DNA of 64,000 nucleotides from the NCBI GenBank assembly GCA_963715455.1, contig OY970245.1, positions 2,066,110 to 2,130,109 on the forward strand, read 5' to 3'. Shown in pieces: positions 8,557-16,900 of this stretch. Under the pieces are notes generated by a model, which worked only from the letters and a program-made list of their open reading frames with translations, was not told the origin of the DNA and made no database searches. The position numbers were made by a program, and so were the translations under genes. Every line of letters begins with the position of its first letter. The first letter of the stretch is position 1. This stretch comes from an uncultured Solirubrobacterales bacterium. GTDB lineage: Bacteria > Actinomycetota > Thermoleophilia > Solirubrobacterales > 70-9.

Positions 8557-10452
8557 TTGGGCCAGGGCAATCACCGCTTTCCGACAATCGGCAGCTACGG
8601 CTTCCTCTCCGACTGCCACACCAGCGCCCTGCTCTCCTACGACGGAGCGGTCGAGTGGCTCTGCCTGCCGCGCTTCGACTCGCCGAGCGCCTTCGCTGCC
8701 GTGCTCGACCGCGACGCCGGGCACTTCAAGCTAGGGCCGCGCGGCGTCGTCGTGCCGATCAGCCGTCGCTACGAGCCGGGCACCCTGGTGATCGAGACGA
8801 CCTGGGTGACGGACACGGGCTGGGTCGTCGTCCACGACCTGCTCTCGATCGCCGAGTGGGCACCCGAGGGCGGCGCGGATGGCCGGCCCCGCACCGCGCA
8901 CGAAGCCGACAACTCGCTGCTGCGGCTGATGACCTGCGTCGACGGCGAGGTCGAGATGGAGATGGAGTGCCTGCCGCGCTTCGCCTACGGCGCCGAGGCA
9001 GCGAGCTGGCGCGGCGGCGAGCTGGGCGAAGCGGTTGCCGAGGGTGCAGATGGCACCAGCCTGCAGCTGACCAGCGATATGGAGCTCTCGCTTGCCGGCG
9101 GCGCAGCGAGCGGCAAGCTGCGGCTGCGCGAGGACGAGACCGGCTTCTGCGCCCTTACCTGGGGCGAGGGCGATCTGGGCGGGCCGCGCAGCGCGCCGGA
9201 GGCGCTCGAGCGACTCGACTCGAGCGAAGAGTTCTGGCGCGAGTGGCTGCGCGCCGGCAGCTTCCCGGACCATCCCTGGCGCATCCACCTGCAGCGCTCG
9301 GCCCTGGTACTCAAGGGCCTCACCTACACGCCAACCGGAGCGATCGTCGCCGCGCCGACGACCTCGCTGCCCGAGACGCCGGGGGGCGAACGCAACTGGG
9401 ACTACCGCTACAGCTGGATCCGCGACTCGACCTTCAGCCTCTGGGCGCTGCACACGCTGGGCTTCGACGAGGAGGCGCGCGACTTCATGCGCTTCATCGT
9501 CAGCGTCTGCAAGGAAGACCCCGAGCTGCAGATCATGTATGGGATCGGCGGCGAGAAGGACCTCACCGAGAGCACGCTCGACCACCTCAGCGGCTACGTC
9601 GGTTCGCGCCCAGTGCGAATCGGCAACGGCGCCTTCAGCCAGCGCCAGAACGACGTCTGGGGAGCGCTGCTCGACTCGATCTACCTGCACGAGAAGGCGC
9701 TGCGCGGCACTGGCACGCCGGCTGACCGGCAACTGATCCGCCACCAGGTGGAGGCGGCGATCGCCGCCTGGGAGCACCCCGACCAGGGGATCTGGGAGTC
9801 GCGCGGCGAGCCGCAGCACTACGTCTCCTCGAAGCTGATGATCTGGGTGGCGGTCGACCGCGGCGCGCGGCTCGCCGGCAGTCTCGGCTTCGACGAGGTG
9901 GCGGCGGAGTGGCGCGCAGAGAGCGAGCGCATGCGCGAGGAGATCCTCGAGCGCGGCGTCCGCGACGGGGTCTTCCGCCAGCACTACGAGACCGACGCGC
10001 TTGACGCCTCGACACTGCTGGTCCCCCTGCTGCGTTTCCTCCCCGCCAACGATCCGCGCGTACGGGCCACGGTCGAGGCGATCGCCGAGCAGTTGACCGC
10101 CCATGGCCTCGTCCTGCGCTACAGGGTCGAGGAGACCGACGACGGCCTGCACGGCGAGGAGGGCACCTTCCTGATCTGCTCCTTCTGGCTTGTCTCGGCG
10201 CTCTCGGAGATCGGCGAGCCCGAGCGAGCCCGAGCCCTCTGCGAGCGCCTACTCGACTCAGCCGGCTGGCTCGATCTCTACGCCGAGGAGCTGGAGATGC
10301 CCAGCGGCCGCCACCTCGGCAACTTCCCCCAGGCCTTCACCCACTTGGCGCTGATCAATGCCGTCTCCCACGTGATCGCCGACGAGCAGCGCGAAGACGG
10401 CGGCCCGACCGCGGTTTTCACCGAAATGGGTGGCGTGCGCGAGGACGCTTGA
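8557..10452 (+). CDS. glycoside hydrolase family 15 protein (glucoamylase/trehalase-like)
   Basis: It is 631 aa and contains the GH15 signature GERNWDYRYSWIRDSTFSLWAL, with an (alpha/alpha)6-barrel type C-terminal half. The start is TTG. Confidence 0.85.
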   Translation: MGQGNHRFPTIGSYGFLSDCHTSALLSYDGAVEWLCLPRFDSPSAFAAVLDRDAGHFKLGPRGVVVPISRRYEPGTLVIETTWVTDTGWVVVHDLLSIAEWAPEGGADGRPRTAHEADNSLLRLMTCVDGEVEMEMECLPRFAYGAEAASWRGGELGEAVAEGADGTSLQLTSDMELSLAGGAASGKLRLREDETGFCALTWGEGDLGGPRSAPEALERLDSSEEFWREWLRAGSFPDHPWRIHLQRSALVLKGLTYTPTGAIVAAPTTSLPETPGGERNWDYRYSWIRDSTFSLWALHTLGFDEEARDFMRFIVSVCKEDPELQIMYGIGGEKDLTESTLDHLSGYVGSRPVRIGNGAFSQRQNDVWGALLDSIYLHEKALRGTGTPADRQLIRHQVEAAIAAWEHPDQGIWESRGEPQHYVSSKLMIWVAVDRGARLAGSLGFDEVAAEWRAESERMREEILERGVRDGVFRQHYETDALDASTLLVPLLRFLPANDPRVRATVEAIAEQLTAHGLVLRYRVEETDDGLHGEEGTFLICSFWLVSALSEIGEPERARALCERLLDSAGWLDLYAEELEMPSGRHLGNFPQAFTHLALINAVSHVIADEQREDGGPTAVFTEMGGVREDA

Positions 10453-10460
10453 CGTCTGAG

Positions 10461-10511
10461 AGACAAAACATTGTCAGACAATAGATTTCGTTTGCTCTAT
10501 ATTGCCGCGAC
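10461..10511 (+). promoter_or_regulatory. AT-rich promoter/operator region of the ArsR-type gene, probably leaderless
   Basis: A -10-like TATATT sits at 10498-10503, only 8 nt before ATG 10512. A -35-like cAGACA lies at 10475-10480 with a 17-nt spacer. There is no Shine-Dalgarno sequence. The inverted repeat GACAA-aaca-TTGTC (10462-10475) is flanked by the direct repeat AGACAA. Confidence 0.45.
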
Positions 10512-10847
10512 ATGGCAACCAGAAGTCGTCCCAGAGCAAACGACATGTTCATCGCCCTAGCCCACCCCCTGCGGCGCCAGATCCTGCGTCTGATGATCAA
10601 ACAGAGCAAGGAGATGAGCCCCAGCGACCTAGCCGAGGAGTTGAACGAGCAGCTCAGCGCACTCAGCTACCACGTGCGCGTGCTGGCCGAGTGCGACGCG
10701 GTCAAGTTGAAGCGGACGAAGCAGGTACGCGGTTCAACCGAGCACTTCTACCGTCCGGCGATCAAGCTCGAGTGGGCGCGGCTAGCACTCGCGGCGCCGG
10801 AGCCCAGGCCCAAGAAAAAGCGCAGGCGAGGGGAAGAGAACCGCTAG
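10512..10847 (+). CDS. ArsR/SmtB-family winged-helix transcriptional regulator
   Basis: It is 111 aa. The sequence FIALAHPLRRQILRLMIK...MSPSDLAEELNEQLSALSYHVRVLAECDAV matches the ArsR HTH_5 pattern. The C-terminal tail is basic (KKKRRRGEE). Confidence 0.8.
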   Translation: MATRSRPRANDMFIALAHPLRRQILRLMIKQSKEMSPSDLAEELNEQLSALSYHVRVLAECDAVKLKRTKQVRGSTEHFYRPAIKLEWARLALAAPEPRPKKKRRRGEENR

Positions 10848-10869
10848 CGATCCTCTTATCGAGGCAGCC

Positions 10870-11142
10870 GTGACCGGGAGCGAGGAGATTCGCAGCACCA
10901 GCGTGCAGGATGCCGTGGTCGAGTCAGCCGTCCTCCAGCAAGTGCTGGCCCTGCATCCGACGGTGGTGACGACCGCCGAGCTGGCCCGTGAGATGGGCGA
11001 GAACGGGGAGGGCTCACCGGGGCGCGAGGCGATCGAGCGGGCGGTGCGCGATCTAACCGGCGCGGGGCTCTTGCACAGCAGCGAGTCCTTCGTGCTGCCC
11101 ACGCGTGCCGCCTTGCGCTTCGACGAGCTGCTCGGCAGCTGA
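10870..11142 (+). CDS. small winged-helix-like hypothetical protein
   Basis: It is 90 aa, with a GTG start 5 nt after GAGG, and lies 22 nt downstream of the ArsR stop. The sequence VLQQVLALHP..VTTAELAREMG....AIERAVRDLTGAGLLH...FVLPTRAALRFDEL has a wHTH-like pattern. GC3 is high. Confidence 0.5.
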   Translation: MTGSEEIRSTSVQDAVVESAVLQQVLALHPTVVTTAELAREMGENGEGSPGREAIERAVRDLTGAGLLHSSESFVLPTRAALRFDELLGS

Positions 11143-11184
11143 GCGTGGGCCCGGCCGGTCTCGGCCAGTGGGCCGAGCCCACGC
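11143..11184 (+). terminator. GC-rich hairpin immediately after the stop codon; possible tail-less intrinsic terminator
   Basis: GCGTGGGC (11143-11150) pairs with GCCCACGC (11177-11184), and further CGGCC/GGCCG pairing is possible inside. No T-tract follows. Confidence 0.35.
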
Positions 11185-11340
11185 ATCGCTGACAGGGCTC
11201 CGGCCATGAGGAGCCCCGCTGACCACGGACCCGCTACACGCGGGTTCTTTAATCGCAGTGGAGACCAGGCGAGGGGGGGTGGGCGTTTCGCATCGTCAAG
11301 GAGTTCCGCCCCAACCTTCAGTAGCATCGCGAACTTCGTT

Positions 11341-11691
11341 TTGACCCCCGCTCCGTTCAGAGTCAGTAGTGAGCAGGCGGCTGGCGCGCTCGTCATCGAG
11401 GTTGAAGGCGAGCTCGACATGCATACCGCTGCCCAGCTCGAGCGCGAGCTCGAGGCCCCTCTCTCGATTGCCGATACAGCCCTGGTGATCGACCTGAGCC
11501 GTTGCGAATTCATCGACTCCACGGGCATCGCCCTGCTCGTCCGCACCTCGCAGGAGCTCAATGGCGGCGGCCGCTTCGCCCTCTGCGGAGTCGGCGATCA
11601 GGTCGCGCGGGTGCTCAGTATCACCGGCCTCGATACGACGATCCCCAACCATCCCGATCGCGAGACAGCGCTCGCGAAAATCCGCAGCTGA
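11341..11691 (+). CDS. STAS-domain anti-sigma-factor antagonist (SpoIIAA/RsbV-like)
   Basis: The sequence ALVIEVEGELDMHTAAQLERELE...LVIDLSRCEFIDSTGIALLVRTSQEL...ALCGVGDQVARVLSITGLD matches the STAS pattern, including the DST(G) phosphorylatable-Ser context. The start is uncertain: TTG 11341 is chosen, and the maximal ORF begins at 11206. Confidence 0.72.
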   Translation: MTPAPFRVSSEQAAGALVIEVEGELDMHTAAQLERELEAPLSIADTALVIDLSRCEFIDSTGIALLVRTSQELNGGGRFALCGVGDQVARVLSITGLDTTIPNHPDRETALAKIRS

Positions 11692-11692
11692 C

Positions 11693-12391
11693 GTGCGCCG
11701 CGCCCTCCCCCTGCTGGCCGTCCTCGCCCTGCTGCTGATTGGCACCGGCAGCTCGGCCGCGCCCACGCACGAGACGATCTTTATCCGCGGCGCCGAATCG
11801 GGCTCGCACCTGCGGCTCACGGTGCGCGGCTCGCATCTCTTCGTCAACGGCCGCATGCAACGCTCGCGCCCGGTCGGCTGCCGACTCACACGTGGCCACA
11901 GCGGGGCCTCCTGCCGACTCGCGGAAACCGGCTCGATCGTCATCGAGATGGGAGCTTCGAACGACAAGATCGAGGTGCTCGACCGGCTGCCGGTGCCGCT
12001 CACGGTCTACCTCGGCTCCGGCTCGGACAAGCTGATCGGCAACGGCGAGAAGGATTTCTGCTACCCGCAGGGCAGCCGGCGCAACCGCTGCATCGGCAAG
12101 GGCGGCAACGACGTCTGCATCTCCGGACCGCGCAACACCGACTGCGTCGGCGGAGCGGGCAGCGACTATTGCGAGACCAGCCACGGCAGCGATGGTTGCT
12201 GGGGAGGACCAGGTCGCGACGTCTGCGTGATGGGCGCCGGCCAAGACGGCTGTCACGGAGACAGCGGCAATGACCGCCTACTCGGCGGCCCCAACCCCGA
12301 CCAGCTCTACGGCGGCGGCGGACACGACTACTGTGACGGGGGTCGTGGCATTGGCCGCTCGCACTCCTGCGAGACCGGCCCCCGCCACTGA
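11693..12391 (+). CDS. secreted protein with Cys-containing RTX-like nonapeptide repeats
   Basis: GTG 11693 lies 1 nt after the STAS stop. The signal-like N-terminus is VRRALPLLAVLALLLIGTGSSA/AP. The C-terminal 125 aa consist of about 11 consecutive G-x-G-x-D-x-(C/L)-x-x units. Confidence 0.6.
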   Translation: MRRALPLLAVLALLLIGTGSSAAPTHETIFIRGAESGSHLRLTVRGSHLFVNGRMQRSRPVGCRLTRGHSGASCRLAETGSIVIEMGASNDKIEVLDRLPVPLTVYLGSGSDKLIGNGEKDFCYPQGSRRNRCIGKGGNDVCISGPRNTDCVGGAGSDYCETSHGSDGCWGGPGRDVCVMGAGQDGCHGDSGNDRLLGGPNPDQLYGGGGHDYCDGGRGIGRSHSCETGPRH

Positions 12392-12406
12392 CGCTGTCCA
12401 GACGGG

Positions 12407-13183
12407 TCAGCGATCGAGGAAGGCCTCGATCGCGGCGATCGTCTCCCCCGGTGACTCCCAAAGCAGGTTGTGGCCGCCGGGAACGGTGACCACGCTGAGC
12501 AGTTCGCCCAGCGCCTCGCGGTAGCGCTCCCCCTGCGAGCCCACGCCGGCGAGCTGCGCCTCGGGGTGCACAACCAAGGTGGGCAGGGGAGCGATTGCCG
12601 GCGCCGGCAGGGTCATCTCACTCCAAGCGACGACCGCGGCGCTCGGGCAGAAGCTGAGGCGGAAGCGGCCATCTGGCCCTTTGCGCACGTCCTTGGCGAC
12701 GTACGCGGCGACCACATCACGGGGCGCGCTGACAACCGAGTCGCTGGAAAGCAATGCGTTGACGGCTCCGTCGACGGTCGCGAAGCTCCAATCGAGGCGA
12801 TCGATTTCCGCGCCGCGCAGAGCCCGCGCCGGGGCCACGTCAAAGCCCGGGTCGAGCAATATGAGCCGCTCGCTGCCCTCCTCTGCCTGCAGGGCTGCTT
12901 CGGCAACGAGCCGGCCGCCGAAGCTGTGCCCGACCCATGTGGTCCGCTCGACGCCCGCCGCAGCGAGGGTCTCAAGCAGGTCGGCGACGTGGGTTGCCGC
13001 GTTCCAGGGCGGCTCACGCCCCGAGTCGCCGTGACCGCGCAGGTCAACGGCAAGCACCGAGTGGCCGCGCTCGACAAGCCGCTGGCCAAGCTCCTCGAAG
13101 ATGCCGCCGTGCTGGGTGACGCCGTGAACGCAGACCACCCGGTCTGGCCCCCCTGCCCCCCAGCTGCGTGTCCTCAGAACCAT
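12407..13183 (-). CDS. alpha/beta-fold hydrolase
   Basis: It is 258 aa from ATG 13183. It has an HG oxyanion motif (VCVHGV), the nucleophile elbow GHSFGG, and a C-terminal GGHNLL catalytic-His context. The tracked 453-aa ORF is an upstream extension through the neighbouring gene. Confidence 0.8.
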   Translation of the reverse strand: MVLRTRSWGAGGPDRVVCVHGVTQHGGIFEELGQRLVERGHSVLAVDLRGHGDSGREPPWNAATHVADLLETLAAAGVERTTWVGHSFGGRLVAEAALQAEEGSERLILLDPGFDVAPARALRGAEIDRLDWSFATVDGAVNALLSSDSVVSAPRDVVAAYVAKDVRKGPDGRFRLSFCPSAAVVAWSEMTLPAPAIAPLPTLVVHPEAQLAGVGSQGERYREALGELLSVVTVPGGHNLLWESPGETIAAIEAFLDR

Positions 13184-13232
13184 GCCCCGCCTCTCGCAAG
13201 ACCCAGCTCGGTCTCGACTTTGCCCATCGCAC

Positions 13233-13925
13233 TCATGGCGAACCCCCCTCTTTGCTTGCAGTGAAGAAGGCCATCGCGCCTTCGACTGCGATTTCGTAGG
13301 AAGCGAACTCACCCGCGAGGGCGGCTTCCAAGTCGTCCCTGTGGTCGTGCAAGTTGTTGAAGACACCCCGCTGGTTGAGCAGCCGCATGACCAGGCGCGA
13401 ACGCCGGGTGTGGGCGACGCCCTCATTGAGCACGGAGCAGCCGAACAAGCGGCCACCGGGCGCCAGCGCCGCCCGGGCGTACTTGAAGGCGACCGCCTTC
13501 TCGCGCATCGATCCGGGTGCGCAGTTGAGAACGTTGCAGAGTGCCACCGAGTCGAAGGATCCGTCGGGCACACCCCAGGGGGCGAGCACGTTGGCCTGGA
13601 GCGTCTGCGGCCGATAGCGCCGCAGACGCCGAGAAGCGAAGACAAGCGGGTCCGGGTTGATGTCGACCAGCGTGATCTGCGGCTCGGCCCCCGGGAAGCG
13701 ACAGCGGTCGAGCAGGTAACCGGTGCCGATACCGACGTCGAGATGGCGGTCGGAAACGTTTTGGTCATAGAGGGCGAGCAGCTGCCGCACCGAGCAGCGC
13801 CAGAAGAGTGGGCAATCGATGCGGTAAGCGATCAGGTCGTAAAGGCGCAGCATCCTGGGCGAGTAGTAGGCCTGGCCCGCGTAGGCGGGGTCTGTCTTCG
13901 GCACCCTGGTCCACCTCTCGCTCAC
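13233..13925 (-). CDS. class I SAM-dependent methyltransferase
   Basis: Motif I is [12 protein letters not shown], followed by an acidic loop (VDIN) and motif post-I/II ([10 protein letters not shown]). Its GTG start (13923-13925) overlaps the TGA stop (13922-13924) of the last PKS gene. The codons between 13925 and the first ATG (13853) are GC3-rich. The tracked 386-aa ORF is an artefactual extension. Confidence 0.8.
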   Translation of the reverse strand: MSERWTRVPKTDPAYAGQAYYSPRMLRLYDLIAYRIDCPLFWRCSVRQLLALYDQNVSDRHLDVGIGTGYLLDRCRFPGAEPQITLVDINPDPLVFASRRLRRYRPQTLQANVLAPWGVPDGSFDSVALCNVLNCAPGSMREKAVAFKYARAALAPGGRLFGCSVLNEGVAHTRRSRLVMRLLNQRGVFNNLHDHRDDLEAALAGEFASYEIAVEGAMAFFTASKEGGSP

Positions 13926-16900
13926 CGCGCCTGCACCCCCGCAGTCACGCCGCCGAGCGTCACGCCGAGGGCATCCTCGACGGCCTGGGCGGTCGCATCG
14001 GCGTGCTCGGTCATGATCGTGAAGTGGTTGCCAGGCACGTCGATCGCGGTGTGCGGCAGATCCCAGGCGGCCTGCCAGCGATCGGGGTCGTCGTCCTCCA
14101 TGGTCGACATCGGCTGACTGGCCCTGGCGAGGATCACCGGGGCGCTGAGCTCGGCCGGTCGCCAATCGGCGAAGAGGCGGAAGTAGGCCATCATCGCCGT
14201 GAGCCGATTGTCGTCGAGCGGTAGCACCTCCTGGTCGGCCGAGAAGAGCGAGCGCATCAGCGACGGTGTGAGCCACCCCAGCCCACCGTCCTCGCTGAGG
14301 TATGTGTCCAGCAGGACGACGGCGGCTGGCGTCATCCCAAGGCTCTCGAGGCGCTCGGCGACTGCGTGGGCGAGCCAGCCCCCGGACGAACAACCGACCA
14401 GCGCCGCCCCCTCGCGTCGCTCGCTGGTCAGGATCGTTTCGGCCAGAGCCAGGGCCAGGGCTTCGACGCTGTCCGGCAAGAGCTCGCCGGCGAGGAAGCC
14501 CGGCGCTGGCACGGCCACCGCCCGCCGCCTACCGCGGAAGCGCCTGGCGAACCGCACGTATTCCAGCGGGCCGGAGATCGCCATGATCGAGGGGAAGAGG
14601 AAGAGCTCCGGGGTCTCCTCACCTTCGGCGAGCACGATCGGCTGCGGCGCCTGCTGCGGCGCTGCCGCCGCGTCGAATGACCCACGGAAGCGAGAAGCGG
14701 CGCCGATCAGCTCGACCAGCTCAACCGCATCGCCATCCTCCTCGGCACCCTGCAGGAGGGTGAGGAAGGTACTCGGCGGGCCGGCGGCCGCGCCGGCGCT
14801 GACCGTGCCCTCAAGCTCGGCGAGTAGATGCTGGGCGATCTCGGCGACGCTGGGCTGGCTCGCCAGGACCGCGACCGGCAAGTTGGCGCCGCTCGCCGCG
14901 ATCACTCGTTTGCGCAGCTCCATCGCACCGACCGAGTCGAAGCCCAGCTCGAGCAGCTTCTGCTCTGGCTCGATGTCCTCGGGGCTGGCATGGCCGAGCA
15001 GAGTGGCGGCCTGCTGGCGAACCAGTTCGAGCAACGACGCCTCACGCTCCTCCGTCGACATCGCGGCGAGGCGCTGGGCAAGCGAGCCGTGAGAGCGCTG
15101 ACGGCGGACCCCACTGCCCACCGAGTCGGTCGGCGCGGCCTGGCGCTGGTCGACCATGTCGGGGACCTCCTCGGCGAGCGGCTCGACGACGATCGCCTCG
15201 ACCGAGAGGATCGGAGCGCCGCCGGGCTCGTAAGCGACGAAACCGCCCCCCTCCTCATCCGCCCCGCAGACGCGTAGCGAAGCGACGCCCGGGCGATAGA
15301 GGCGAACGCCTCGCCAAGAGACCGCCCGCGATCTGGCCCCTTCCTCCGCGCCCGGCCGACCGGCCTCGCGACCGGCTTCCAGCAAGGCCGGATGCAAGCC
15401 GAAGCGCCCGGCTGCCTGGGCCAGCTCCCCAGCGAGCGAGATCTCGGTGAACTGCGGCCAGCTCTGCAGCGGTTCGGCGAAGGTCGCTTGCTCGCCACTC
15501 AGCAGGCCATGGGCATGGAGCGCCCAGCCCGCCTCACCGGGGTCGGCATCAGACCTGGCGTGGACCGAGACTCGCTGCTGCCCCCCCTCCCCGGGACTGG
15601 CGATCGAGACACGCAGCTGGACCGCGCCCTGCGCGGGCAGGACCAGCGGCTCGACCAGGCTGAGCTCCGCGATCGAGTCGCAGCCAGCCTCGAGCCCTGC
15701 GCGCAGGGCAAGCTCGACGAACACGGCTCCCGGCAGGGCCCCAGCGTCGAGCGGCATCTCGTCGGCCAACCAGGGCTGCGTCTGGAGCGAGACGCGCCCA
15801 GTGAGCACCACGCCTTCGTCGTCGGGAAGCTCGACCACTGCGCCGAGCAGCGGGTGGGCGGCATCGGTGAGGCCGATCGAGGCGGGGTCCCCGGCTCCTT
15901 GGGAGGCCGAGAGCCAGTAGCGCTGGCGTTGGAAGGGGTAGGTGGGCAGGGGGACTCGCTTGGCATTCGTGCCCTTGAAGAAGCTGGGCCACTCGATCGG
16001 GATGCCGGCGGTGTGGGCGGTGGCCAGGGCGAGGGCGAGGGCCTGGGCCTCGGGGCGGCCCTGGCGCAGGGTGGGCGCGAAGGCCGCTTGGGCCTCGCCG
16101 CCATCCAGGCACTCCTGGGCCATCGGGATCAAGACCGGGTCGGGGCCGAGCTCCAGGTAGGCGCTGGCGCCCTGGGCGGCGAGGGCTTTGACCCCGTCGG
16201 TGAAGCGCACGGGTTGGCGCACGTGGGCGACCCAGTAGGCGGGGTCGGTGGCCTGCTCTGGGCTGAGCAGCTCGCCGGTCAGGTTGGAGACGATCGGGAT
16301 CTGGGGCGGGCTGTAGGGGATGGAGTTGGCGAGCTGGGCGAACTCTTCGAGCATCGGCTCGATCAGGGGCGAGTGGAAGGCGTGGGAGACGACCAGGCGC
16401 TTGGTCTTTGCGCCCTGCTCGCTGAACTGGGCGGCGAGGGCTTCGACGGCCTGCTGCTCACCGGAGATGACGACCGAGGAGGGGCCGTTGATCGCCGCGA
16501 TCGAGAGCTGGGCCTCTTTGCCCTCGATCGCCTCGGCCACCTCTGCCTCGCTGGCGCCGATCGCCACCATTGCCCCACCGCTGGGCAGCTCTCCCATCAG
16601 CTTGCCGCGAGCGGCAACCAGCTTGGCGGCGTCGGGCAGTGAGAAGACCCCGGCGAGGTGGGCGGCGGCGAGCTCGCCGATCGAGTGCCCGCAGAGCAGC
16701 TCGGGCCTCAGGCCTTTGCTCTCCAAGAGTCGGTAGAGGGCGACCTCGAGGGCAAAGAGCGCCGGCTGGGCGTAGGTGGTGTCGTCGAGCAGCTCGGCGT
16801 CTTTGCCGAAGAGCACCTGCGCCAGCGGTATGTCGAGGTGGGGGTCGAGCGCCTCGCAGAGCGCATCGAAGGCTTGGGTGTAGGGGGGGTGGGTCTCATA

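Noticed and set aside
11561-11692. Upstream extension of the Cys-rich repeat protein ORF (tracked 11561..12391) and of the STAS ORF (11206..11340)
   Set aside because: The first overlaps the STAS coding frame, and a signal peptide begins exactly at GTG 11693. The second adds about 45 non-STAS residues. The STAS start remains uncertain.
12392-13232. A mobile-element or tRNA-type boundary between the housekeeping block and the PKS cluster
   Set aside because: I saw no tRNA, integrase, transposase or flanking direct repeats. The GC content looks uniform by eye, so there is no sequence evidence here for a recent island insertion. The other cluster border lies outside the window.
13184-13768. N-terminal 195-codon extension of the alpha/beta-hydrolase ORF (tracked as 12407..13768)
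   Set aside because: The extension runs through the methyltransferase gene in another frame and is Pro/Arg/Ser-rich. The hydrolase fold starts right after ATG 13183.
13926-14393. N-terminal extension of the methyltransferase ORF (tracked as 13233..14393)
   Set aside because: It overlaps the TE domain of the last PKS gene out of frame. The Arg/Pro-rich sequence has no methyltransferase features. The GTGA start/stop overlap at 13922-13925 gives a natural start.
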